A stretch of DNA of 64,000 bases from IMG/VR virus record IMGVR_UViG_3300031669_000016, positions 11,175 to 75,174 of that record. One strand, given 5' to 3'. The notes below the pieces were generated by a model. The model searched no databases. It worked only from the letters and a program-made list of their open reading frames with translations, and was not told the origin of the DNA. The position numbers and the translations under genes are program-made. The DNA comes from a virus. Positions 21,223 through 29,725 of this stretch are shown piece after piece. Position 1 is the first letter of the stretch. Every line of letters starts with the position of its first letter.

Positions 21223-21233
21223 ATTATATCACA
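21223..21233 (-). promoter_or_regulatory. Extended -10 promoter for the moron gene
   Basis: TGTGA-TATAAT on the minus strand upstream of the RBS. Confidence 0.6.
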
Positions 21234-21245
21234 AAGGAGTCCGAG

Positions 21246-21488
21246 ATGATACTGCCGTACCGTTCAAAACGCGAATTGGTGTATGACTGGCTGAACAATC
21301 TACGGGTGCATAAACCCGACGAACTCGAAGCGGCCTTGAGGCTCGCCATGGGTGTCCGATTCGATGCCTTTGTCACCTGGATCGTCCAGGAGGCTAAGAA
21401 CTACTACACTGCACAGCGTGATACAGCACAGGCCGCACACGACGCCATAGACGCGCTCCCAGACAAGCCAACAGAACCGGTCGAGTAG
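21246..21488 (+). CDS. Hypothetical protein
   Basis: 80 aa with AAGGAG RBS. Confidence 0.6.
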   Translation: MILPYRSKRELVYDWLNNLRVHKPDELEAALRLAMGVRFDAFVTWIVQEAKNYYTAQRDTAQAAHDAIDALPDKPTEPVE

Positions 21489-21517
21489 CCATATCACAAT
21501 GGAAGGAAGTGGGGTAA

Positions 21518-21712
21518 ATGCCGCGGACAAAAGAGATGCGGGTCGCCGAAGCGTTGCGCTACATGGAGCAGGAGTGCGGTGTGTCCATGCAGCCCAAACT
21601 ACGCACCACATCGGATGGTCAGCAATCACTAACAACGCTCATCATCGACTGGGTAGATCTGGGTGACCCGATCCCTGATGCCGAGCCGACAGATGGTGCC
21701 GAAGGTGGCTAG
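21518..21712 (+). CDS. Hypothetical protein
   Basis: 64 aa with purine-rich RBS. Confidence 0.5.
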   Translation: MPRTKEMRVAEALRYMEQECGVSMQPKLRTTSDGQQSLTTLIIDWVDLGDPIPDAEPTDGAEGG

Positions 21713-22199
21713 ATGGACTCCGCAGGATATCCTCGACGTACTTGGCAAGCTCTTCCATTGGACGAGTTGGCGGTGGGGAATAGCCGCGGTAATTGCGTGT
21801 CTAGCCAACTTCGTGGCAGAAGCACCGACAGTCTGGCGCGGACTACTCGTCATGTTCATCGTCTTCTTCGTACTCGACATCGTGACCGGTATAGTAGCGT
21901 CAGTACGGGTCCGGCAGATCAAGGTGTCGAGCCGCCTCTTCGGGCGCTCACTCGTCAAGATGCTGTGCTACTCGACCGTACTGCTTATCGCCACTATGCT
22001 TGATTACTACGCCAACTGCCGCTATGCCGTTTCGCTGTTCGTGCTGGCCCTGGCCGCGAGCGTGGAGGGGCTGTCCGTGCTAGAGAACACACGCGCGCTA
22101 TGGGAAGGGCTGGGCCTGAAATGGCCCTTCAAGTTCCTGTCCGACAAGATCGAGCGGTTGGCGCAAGTCCCAGAGCAGGATGGGGACGAGCCGCGCTAG
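21693..22199 (+). CDS. Holin (phage holin family 4-like); start uncertain
   Basis: Transmembrane segments with LDIVTG...SSR...K and EGLSVLEN...LG..P motifs. Confidence 0.85.
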   Translation: MVPKVARWTPQDILDVLGKLFHWTSWRWGIAAVIACLANFVAEAPTVWRGLLVMFIVFFVLDIVTGIVASVRVRQIKVSSRLFGRSLVKMLCYSTVLLIATMLDYYANCRYAVSLFVLALAASVEGLSVLENTRALWEGLGLKWPFKFLSDKIERLAQVPEQDGDEPR

Positions 22200-22684
22200 G
22201 GACTCGTCCTGATATCTCCTCGTCCATCTCCCGCCCCAGACATGCCCGCGCCATAACGCTCAGTTGTGGGCGGCCTCGTCGCCTCCTGGCCACGGGGTCG
22301 CGGTGGATGCGAGGGACCTCTTGCAGATAGGACACCTCCCGCCCAGGTGACCCTCGACGAGCGGGGTGCTACAGGCACTACACATATAGGGGGCTCCGGC
22401 GTGCTCCGGCCTCTCCCACACAGCAACCCACTTCGGGGAGTCGGGGAGGCGGTCAACGACATAGTGCCCCGCCCTCGTCACTCCCATTAGCGCGGCGAGT
22501 TCGCCTGGCGTCTCGGGGTCATGGGGGAAGAATGTCATGCCCCACTCCTCCGCACCGCATTGCCGTATCTGCAACGCTGGACGGTGGCTAGCGCGTACCT
22601 CCCTCACCTCCACCTCTGACACCCGCAGGCCCTCCTCGGGCGGATACTTACTCTCTTCACACAACATATCAGTCTTGTCATCCA

Positions 22685-23029
22685 TCACTTCACCTCCGAT
22701 CCCAAGAATCGCAGCGCATTCACCACTCGCCAGTGAACGAGGCTCTGCATCTCCTTCGCCAGCAAGTCAGGATGCTCTCGTGCTAGACGCTCCCAGTCCA
22801 TGCCATTCAGTGCGGTTTCGAGAATCAGGAGTTCTCCCTTTGCTTGTTCGACATCAACGAGCTTCGCTTCCCGTAACACCTCAACGTCTATGAGTGCGAG
22901 TGCGGTCTCACATCCCAGCATCTCGCCGCAGTCCTCGCAGTTCATCTCCCGCTTGCTTTCACAGTCTGCTCGGTCGATGATCAGGACGCGATGTACACGA
23001 TCCAATCGGTCATACACCACTTCACCCAT
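22685..23029 (-). CDS. Hypothetical protein
   Basis: 114 aa with RBS and a Cys cluster. Confidence 0.5.
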   Translation of the reverse strand: MGEVVYDRLDRVHRVLIIDRADCESKREMNCEDCGEMLGCETALALIDVEVLREAKLVDVEQAKGELLILETALNGMDWERLAREHPDLLAKEMQSLVHWRVVNALRFLGSEVK

Positions 23030-23071
23030 TCCATCACCATCCTATATGATGTGATAACGCGTGTCCGTAGA

Positions 23072-24406
23072 CTACTTCTCCACCCGCAACGCTTCGGGCA
23101 AGGTTTGCTGGATGAGCTGGTCGAAGGTTTCTGTCACCGGTGTGTGTACCGTGAACTCGCGCACATCTACACGATCATACTTCGGTTTTGGTGAGAGGTA
23201 GAGGGGCCACCTGGATGTGAAGCCAATCTTCGGGTTGTGGAAGAGTAGGCCTTGTGTGGCCTGACTAGCCGCACGCATCTTCCCAATCGAGTACTTCGAA
23301 CCGGGTACCCAAGTCCCGTTCATAATCCATCCCGGTGTTTCGGCATAGCGGTGGTGGTGCCCCACGATCACTGAGTCGTACACCAATCCGGTAAGATCGA
23401 TCCATTCGGCACGCGCCCTATCCAATCCGTAGTAAGGGATGCGGTTCCATGCTCGAATGTCTTGGCCATGGCTGACCAGATAGTTCCACGGCTCGTCGCG
23501 ATCTACAGAGGGTTCGGAGAAGGCCACGAATGGGGACCGGCTGAGATGCAAGCGGATGTGGGGTTGATCACGTAGCAGGAGCTGTACCATCATGTAGACC
23601 ATACGATCCGCATTGAACGTGGTCGTCTGTGTTCGGCCATGGTTGCCATCGCAGGCAATGATCTCGATCTCCTCGAACAAGGTCCCGCAATGCAGCGCCA
23701 TGTCGGCAAGAATGTAGGCGGCGAGGGAGATCTGCTCCATGAAGAGATCGTCGAGTTCGGCGAACTGCTTGGGATAGATATCTTCACCTGTCGGGAAGTC
23801 ACCGATCCACGGCATGATGCAGCGCCGAACGTCCACCGCGCTACGTACTACGGCGAGGCAGTCGGCAAGATTGGTCTTCCAACGTCTGATCTCGTCGAAT
23901 AGGATGCTTTTGTTGAACGCGGTGAGTCCTGCTGTTTCCTCTCGGGTATGGAACGCGCCGACATGCATGTCCGAAACGATGGGCATGGCAAACTCGGGCA
24001 GGCGTTGCTTCGCGTCTTTGACCGGTTTGATGTGGGGGATCTTGATCGGCTCGAAGCTTTGCAGGCAGGACTGTATGGTATCGACGAAGATCTCTTCCCA
24101 TGCCGCGGCGCGCCGCGCCTTACGCTCCGCAGCCACTAACTTGCCTTTGAGTTCTTGTATCGATGGCGGTACGGGAGCTGGTGGCGGTACCGAATCGGCA
24201 CTCACCAACTCAATTGATGCATCGATCTCCCCAGCCTCGATCATTCGGGCAAGACGGAACCGTAATGCCGAAACGGTCTTGCATCCCAACACTTTGTAGT
24301 AGCGGCGTGCCCACTCCTCGCGTGTGATGTCCTCAGCTACCGGAGGATTGGCTTTGTAGGCGCGCCGGATGATCTCGTTCAGAACGGCGTTTGGCTTACC
24401 TGACAC
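23072..24406 (-). CDS. Calcineurin-like metallophosphoesterase
   Basis: SDMHVG, GDF, GNHGR, SHG and GHHH motifs. Confidence 0.85.
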   Translation of the reverse strand: MSGKPNAVLNEIIRRAYKANPPVAEDITREEWARRYYKVLGCKTVSALRFRLARMIEAGEIDASIELVSADSVPPPAPVPPSIQELKGKLVAAERKARRAAAWEEIFVDTIQSCLQSFEPIKIPHIKPVKDAKQRLPEFAMPIVSDMHVGAFHTREETAGLTAFNKSILFDEIRRWKTNLADCLAVVRSAVDVRRCIMPWIGDFPTGEDIYPKQFAELDDLFMEQISLAAYILADMALHCGTLFEEIEIIACDGNHGRTQTTTFNADRMVYMMVQLLLRDQPHIRLHLSRSPFVAFSEPSVDRDEPWNYLVSHGQDIRAWNRIPYYGLDRARAEWIDLTGLVYDSVIVGHHHRYAETPGWIMNGTWVPGSKYSIGKMRAASQATQGLLFHNPKIGFTSRWPLYLSPKPKYDRVDVREFTVHTPVTETFDQLIQQTLPEALRVEK

Positions 24407-24420
24407 ATCTCACCACTCCT

Positions 24421-25407
24421 TCATAACGCTTTCTGATAGGCATCGTACAGCAGTTTCCCGGCTCGCTTCCATGTAAAGTTATCTCGGATATGCCGCGCCA
24501 GCGACTCGTTGCGACGGGGCCATCGCGACATCGCCACTTCCCAAGCTGTGCGCGTCGCAACTACATGAGTCTCGGGGTAACCGGCACGTCCGTAGTGGGC
24601 GTAGTCGCCGAGGTATTCTTGTATCGCTGGAATGTCTGTGGTCACGACCTCACAACCAGTGATGCCAGCTTCGAGGTTGGTCAGACCGGGATTATCGTAG
24701 TGTGTGGGTAGGACGCTTACTGCCGCACCGGCGAACCAGTGCATTATCTCGCTGTGAGGACGCGCGCCCATAAGATGGATCCAGGGTCGCCCCTCCGCGA
24801 TCTGTTCACAACGCGCATAGACCGGATGGCGGCAATCGCCGATGCAGTAGATTGGGAACTTCAGATCTGCGTCAACCATGGCCTGAAGGAACTTATCCTG
24901 TGCCTTCCTGTCCTCGTAGCGCGCGGCGAGGATGACATAGGGTTCGTGTGGTACGACCCCATAGTCGGGTTGTGCTAAGTACCAATCCGCGGGCGCGCCT
25001 GTCGGAATCCAGATGCTCTTCGCCTCTAACACATCGGCAGGCAGGCCGAGATCATAGGCGAGTTCGAATGGTTCGCGATGGATGTTGATGAAGAGGAAAC
25101 GGGCCTGCAACGCGATCTCGGCACAGCGTTCACGTGAAATGAAAAAGATGCCAGGACTGTGGATGGTCTGGATGACCAGCGGTACACCGCGTTCCTTAGC
25201 GATCTGAGCGGCTTGATCCGCTTCTTGTAGGATGATGTTGAAGGCGTGAACCAACTGGAACTGTTCTCGCCGCCAATCGACGTCGTGACAATGGATCACT
25301 TCAACATCGGGTGGGAGATGTTGCCGTAACATCTTCCGCTGCGTCTCATCGCCGCCCTGATGCGCCCCCTTCTCGTATGGAGTGCGGTTGACGGTCAGTA
25401 CCCTCAT
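24421..25407 (-). CDS. Glycosyltransferase, GT4
   Basis: GGDE, ARYEDRKAQ and DNPGLTNLEAG motifs. Confidence 0.85.
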   Translation of the reverse strand: MRVLTVNRTPYEKGAHQGGDETQRKMLRQHLPPDVEVIHCHDVDWRREQFQLVHAFNIILQEADQAAQIAKERGVPLVIQTIHSPGIFFISRERCAEIALQARFLFINIHREPFELAYDLGLPADVLEAKSIWIPTGAPADWYLAQPDYGVVPHEPYVILAARYEDRKAQDKFLQAMVDADLKFPIYCIGDCRHPVYARCEQIAEGRPWIHLMGARPHSEIMHWFAGAAVSVLPTHYDNPGLTNLEAGITGCEVVTTDIPAIQEYLGDYAHYGRAGYPETHVVATRTAWEVAMSRWPRRNESLARHIRDNFTWKRAGKLLYDAYQKAL

Positions 25408-26198
25408 ACCATTTCATCTGGCTGATCAAAGAATAGCTCAACAGTGCCCGTTCTTGGGTTCCTACATCCAACAGTCATACCGCGCCTATCCCCAGTCGCC
25501 AGAACTACGCGCTGATACTCCATTGGATCATTGGGTTGTCCGAATTGGCTCCGCCAATCCCAATATCGGAAGGCCACTTTTCCCGCGTCATTCAGATTTG
25601 CGTAGCTATAATCCGCTGGGACATTGCCCTCGTATAGTAGGTAGCGACTACTTTCTTTGGCCGAACACCCCGAATCGTTCATCCAGGAGGCTTTTAGACA
25701 GCCCCCCAACTTCCGACAATAACGGCGACGGGGTACCAGTACACCGCTGAGATACGCATCGATTGAACATGTGTAGCAACGCGGAAGTTTGTCCTTGCCG
25801 ATGGTGGCGGCAATCTGATATTCAATGCCCTTCCCATAGCCAAGACACCGCAGCACAGCATATGCAAGGGATGGTGAACGTGCCCTACCAGCCATGCAAT
25901 GAATCAGCAGTTTGTGTGTCTGTCCGCTCAGGGCACCCAATGCAAAGTCCAATGCCGACTCTAAGAGTTGGGGGGTCCATGGCATTCTATCATCTTCCAA
26001 GTTGATACGATGCAATCGAACGTTGTGTGTCCGCGCCCAAGAGACTTCGGCGTCTGGCCCATTCTCGTGGCATCTGTCATTGTCATGGAAGAACGCGATG
26101 ATATAGGTGAATCCTTCATGGACGAGGCGTTCCATATCGCTTTGGTGGCCGATACAGCCAGAGATCGCAAGTTGCTTTGTGAGTCGGATGATGTTCAT
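25404..26198 (-). CDS. Dual-specificity / PTP-like phosphatase with C-terminal extension
   Basis: HCMAGRARS (CX5R) motif. Confidence 0.85.
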   Translation of the reverse strand: MNIIRLTKQLAISGCIGHQSDMERLVHEGFTYIIAFFHDNDRCHENGPDAEVSWARTHNVRLHRINLEDDRMPWTPQLLESALDFALGALSGQTHKLLIHCMAGRARSPSLAYAVLRCLGYGKGIEYQIAATIGKDKLPRCYTCSIDAYLSGVLVPRRRYCRKLGGCLKASWMNDSGCSAKESSRYLLYEGNVPADYSYANLNDAGKVAFRYWDWRSQFGQPNDPMEYQRVVLATGDRRGMTVGCRNPRTGTVELFFDQPDEMV

Positions 26199-26251
26199 CT
26201 AGCCTCGGTGCGCGCCTTTCTCGAATGGTGGACGATTGATAGTCAGGACTT

Positions 26252-26836
26252 TCATGGCTGAAGACGCTCCCTTACACGTTGGAGTCGACGCCGCGTCTTA
26301 CGCAGCACACGGTACAAGGCGGGATCCTTGGTTATTTCCTCGCCTGCCAACAAGCGCCCCAACGCATCCAATTCGATGTCTGTGAGATGTGCCTTGATGA
26401 AGATCTCCTCCAAAGCTATCCTGTCCAGAACTACCCGTTCTGGATCTGCCGAGCCATCAACACACAAGGTTTCGCGCTGGTTCTCATCAAAGTCTTCTAG
26501 CGCCACGATCTGCGGGATGCGATCGGTGCGGCTGTCTCGAAAAACTGAGCTGGGTATTCGTATCAGGAAGGAGTGGCGGAGCCGCCATTTCTGTATCGCT
26601 CGTGTTGCAGTCTTTTTCAGATAGGCCCCTTGCTGTGCCATCGGTCGTGTTGTGTCCAGTCGGTTGCGCACCGCATCCATAATTGCTACGCGGCCCACCT
26701 GCGCGAGGTCTTCCTGTTTGTCCCGATCAGTTGTGAGTCTGCGTGCCTCGCGCTGCAATACCTTGTCGAAGCATGCCAGCCAGTAGTCCAGTACGGCGGG
26801 ATCGTTGGTGCCGCGCTGTTTCGACTGACCAGCCAA
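26252..26836 (-). CDS. Phage sigma70-family sigma factor
   Basis: EDLAQVGRVAIMDAV (region 2), IRIP, and C-terminal LTDIE...HTH-like region 4. Confidence 0.75.
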   Translation of the reverse strand: MAGQSKQRGTNDPAVLDYWLACFDKVLQREARRLTTDRDKQEDLAQVGRVAIMDAVRNRLDTTRPMAQQGAYLKKTATRAIQKWRLRHSFLIRIPSSVFRDSRTDRIPQIVALEDFDENQRETLCVDGSADPERVVLDRIALEEIFIKAHLTDIELDALGRLLAGEEITKDPALYRVLRKTRRRLQRVRERLQP

Positions 26837-27727
26837 TCAGAACTCACCGCCATCCTTCCACTTCGTGGTGTAGTCAGCACCTACGGTAACTGGCAGTCGG
26901 GCCTGCCAACGCCCCCGCCAACGGTTGTAGTTGAGCGTATACATCAACTGATCGTAGTTCAGAAGGCCGGCCGGGAGCTCTCTGATGCCCAACCCTTCGG
27001 CGACTGCACGCGCCTGATCACCATAGGCAGGTTGGGAACCGGCCGCACCTCCACCATGGTCGGCTCGAATCGGTAAGGTGCGGATGTGCCATCCCGCTGC
27101 CAACCACGCACAGCAGACCTCGCGGTCGTACCAGTGATGGAGGCCGGGATAGTCCTGATCGAGAAGAGTTGGGATTGTGTCGGTACGATAGAAGATGCCG
27201 CAGCCGTCAAGAGTAGCCGAAGCCATTCCGTCATCAGGTGTCCACGCGCCATGGATGCGCCATATCTCACCGGTTCCGTTGCCCCCCCATTGCTTACCAA
27301 TCAGACGGGAGTGGGTACCGATACGCCCCCCATCCGGTGCCAGTCCGAACGCACCGACTAAACCGGCAAGGCCCAGCTTCGCATCTTCCTCGAAGGCGTG
27401 TGCGATACAAAGATCCCATCCGACATCCCAGATCAAGACATCGTAATGGATGAAGGCGAGGATGTCGGCATCGGTGTAGTCGGCGGCGTATCGGATCGAC
27501 TCGAAAACGCCCAAGCTTTGATCCGGCACGAAGTAGCGGGTGTGTCCCCGGTCTTTCGTGATGGTGCCGCAAAGTCCGGCATGCGTTGTAATCACGTCGA
27601 GATCAGGGGTGTTGTCGACAACAATGATCTCGGTGCCCGAATCGGAAACTGTCCGCACGACCTGAGCAAGACATGCCTCAAGTAGGTCTGTTCGACCAAG
27701 TACTGGAATCGCGACTGCGACCCTCAT
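26837..27727 (-). CDS. Glycosyltransferase, GT2
   Basis: VAIPV, IIVVDN, FIHYDV, LDG and HWYD motifs. Confidence 0.85.
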   Translation of the reverse strand: MRVAVAIPVLGRTDLLEACLAQVVRTVSDSGTEIIVVDNTPDLDVITTHAGLCGTITKDRGHTRYFVPDQSLGVFESIRYAADYTDADILAFIHYDVLIWDVGWDLCIAHAFEEDAKLGLAGLVGAFGLAPDGGRIGTHSRLIGKQWGGNGTGEIWRIHGAWTPDDGMASATLDGCGIFYRTDTIPTLLDQDYPGLHHWYDREVCCAWLAAGWHIRTLPIRADHGGGAAGSQPAYGDQARAVAEGLGIRELPAGLLNYDQLMYTLNYNRWRGRWQARLPVTVGADYTTKWKDGGEF

Positions 27728-27766
27728 CTAGTCTCACCCCGATGTATCCCACCAACAATCTACTAT

Positions 27767-27795
27767 AGTATACCACAGTACCTACGGGTTGTCAT
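27767..27795 (-). promoter_or_regulatory. Sigma70 promoter for the GT2-sigma-phosphatase operon
   Basis: ATGACA-17bp-TATACT with an extended TG. Confidence 0.7.
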
Positions 27796-27848
27796 CTTTG
27801 CATGCCTAGATCCTACCCATAATCGAAGATTTGAGGCGAAAGCTTCGA

Positions 27849-28226
27849 CCAGCATCCTCGCGCGCGTAGGAGTGACTGTGTGGTATACCATAGTAATCGT
27901 GCCCTCGCGCGCGTGGAAGTAACCAACAGTAAGGCGGCAACGGAACCGGCGAGGTCGTCGTGCCCTCGCGCGCGTGGAGGTAACGTGTGGCGCGTTGGGT
28001 TTCTGTGGTTTGCTGGTCGTGCCCTCGCGCGCGTGGGAGTAACGGCCAATATCCTACCCATCTTAGGCAACACATCGTCGTGCCCTCGCGTGCGTGGAAA
28101 TAACCGCCCTTGTTTCGTCACTGAAGGCGGTCCAACCGTCGTGCCCTCGCGCGCGAGGGAGTAACCCGGAGGCCGCCAGGAAGAGGGGGAATCCAGAGGT
28201 CGTGCCCTCGCGCGCGAGGGAGTAAC
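27849..28226 (-). CRISPR. CRISPR array: 6 full and 1 degenerate 28-bp repeats (GTTACTCCCTCGCGCGCGAGGGCACGAC) with 6 spacers
   Basis: Repeats at 28199-28226, 28138-28165, 28077-28104, 28016-28043, 27957-27984, 27896-27923 and degenerate 27849-27876. Spacers are 33, 33, 33, 31, 33 and 19 bp. Repeat stem CCCTCG/CGAGGG. Degeneracy increases leftward, placing the leader next to the effector. Confidence 0.96.
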
Positions 28227-28361
28227 ACTGCCATACCTATCGTCCAAACATGTTTCATCACAATCTCTACCCTCCCTGCGCGCGCCCCGGCGAGGCCGGG
28301 GATTAGGATTTGATCCGCGACCAGCCTTCTCCGGGCTGGTGGCAGGTCGGGGACCCACGAC
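28227..28361 (-). ncRNA. Candidate tracrRNA / leader
   Basis: Anti-repeat segments at 28356-28361 and 28272-28285; hairpins at 28320-28340 and 28285-28301. Confidence 0.5.
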
Positions 28362-29725
28362 TATTTAGCCCCCACTCTCAACGCTCCAAAGGAGCGGTGG
28401 AACCCTCGATAGCCTCCTGATGTATTCCACTCCGCCTTGCGATAAAACGCCCGCCGAGCGATGTTCACAGCAGCTGCCTCGTCGGCGTCGAAATTGACAT
28501 CACAAGCCGGACAGTAGAGATCTTCACCTTCCCGTTTGGCATCCTCCCCACACCGAGGACAAATCAACGATGAGTAAGCAGCGAAGACCTCGCGTGGTGG
28601 TAACATACCAGCCATCCGCAACTTGTAGCTGAGGATATGACCCATCTTGGCATACTGGGAACGTATAAATGCGCCGCTTGTCTGTAGGTTGAGATCTTCC
28701 ATCACTACCAACGAGTGGTGCTCAACGGCCAACGCAACCAACGCATTGGCGATTGTGTGGAGCATCTGCTCTTGGTGTCGACGCTGCCAGGCTTGACGAC
28801 GCACATGCCGACCACGCCTCTGTGCGGCCTGGCGCTTCCGTCCCAATAGGATCTGTAGAGGACGCACGTCCCGACCAAGGCTCCCAACTCTGAGTGGTCG
28901 ACCCTCTTTGTCTATGATTGCGTATGCCGCCTGTTTGATGATGCCGCGATCAACTCCAAGATAGGTTTCCTCTTCACCCCGCTCCATACTCTCGACTTGG
29001 AACTCGAAGCTTATATGTAGGAAGTACTCGCCATCGCGCCGACAAAGGCAGGCACAGCGCGCCTTCCCTTTCGTGAGATATTCCTCTTCGTGCCATATCC
29101 CAAACGCGAGTGGGAAACGCAACCTTGTAGGCTTCTGTGGCTTCGGCTGCACCGGTAGTGATACCACCCACTTCTCGTTGTCGAGTCGTTCGAGAGCAAA
29201 ATCTCGGGCGCGTACATAGAGAAGCGGCCTGACAATCTCGCGCTCCTCACGTAGCAGACGGGATTGCCACGCTTGGTGGTCGAATGGATCACCAACCCAC
29301 TCAGCGGCCTCTGCAAGGGCCTTCTGGTACCCATCAGACTGATATCCGTACAGTGGTGAGGGGTACTGGGGTTCATCAGTTGCGTCCTCATGGTTCTTCC
29401 TATCTTCCCAGGCCTGTCGTAGTTTGCAGTACGAAACAAGGTTCGTTAGGATATCTGATACTAAGCCGTCATATAGAGCGCTTGGCAAATCCGTTGCTGA
29501 TAGCAAAGGACGGATTTCCTTCATTGCATTGAAGGGGCTGGGGAGTCTCTTACCATCGTGGAGATCACGAATCCACAGATCAGCCATGGGGCGGCAGCGC
29601 TCCAATGTATCTATATAGGCCTTGCTGTAACGGGCGAATACCTGGTCTAGGAGGGCACGTTTTCCAGTACCGGGATTGTATAGTTTGAGGATGGCTGTTT
29701 TCTGTACGATGACTGTGCACCTCAT
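28361..29725 (-). CDS. Compact type V CRISPR effector (TnpB/Cas12f-like RuvC nuclease)
   Basis: 454 aa; RuvC-I YLGVDRG, RuvC-II VVMEDL, Zn finger CPRC...CPAC, RuvC-III DADEAAAVNIA; adjacent to the array. Confidence 0.88.
   Translation of the reverse strand: MRCTVIVQKTAILKLYNPGTGKRALLDQVFARYSKAYIDTLERCRPMADLWIRDLHDGKRLPSPFNAMKEIRPLLSATDLPSALYDGLVSDILTNLVSYCKLRQAWEDRKNHEDATDEPQYPSPLYGYQSDGYQKALAEAAEWVGDPFDHQAWQSRLLREEREIVRPLLYVRARDFALERLDNEKWVVSLPVQPKPQKPTRLRFPLAFGIWHEEEYLTKGKARCACLCRRDGEYFLHISFEFQVESMERGEEETYLGVDRGIIKQAAYAIIDKEGRPLRVGSLGRDVRPLQILLGRKRQAAQRRGRHVRRQAWQRRHQEQMLHTIANALVALAVEHHSLVVMEDLNLQTSGAFIRSQYAKMGHILSYKLRMAGMLPPREVFAAYSSLICPRCGEDAKREGEDLYCPACDVNFDADEAAAVNIARRAFYRKAEWNTSGGYRGFHRSFGALRVGAK

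Noticed and set aside
21693-22500. Endolysin next to the holin
   Set aside because: No ORF with recognisable amidase, muramidase or peptidase motifs; it probably lies outside the window.
27806-28358. ORFs of 181, 89 and 94 aa spanning the array
   Set aside because: They are translations of CRISPR repeats (RARAR / PRARGHD), not credible proteins.
28361-29725. Simple IS605/IS200 TnpB insertion
   Set aside because: No tnpA or evident IS ends; the gene is operon-coupled and followed by a multi-spacer array.
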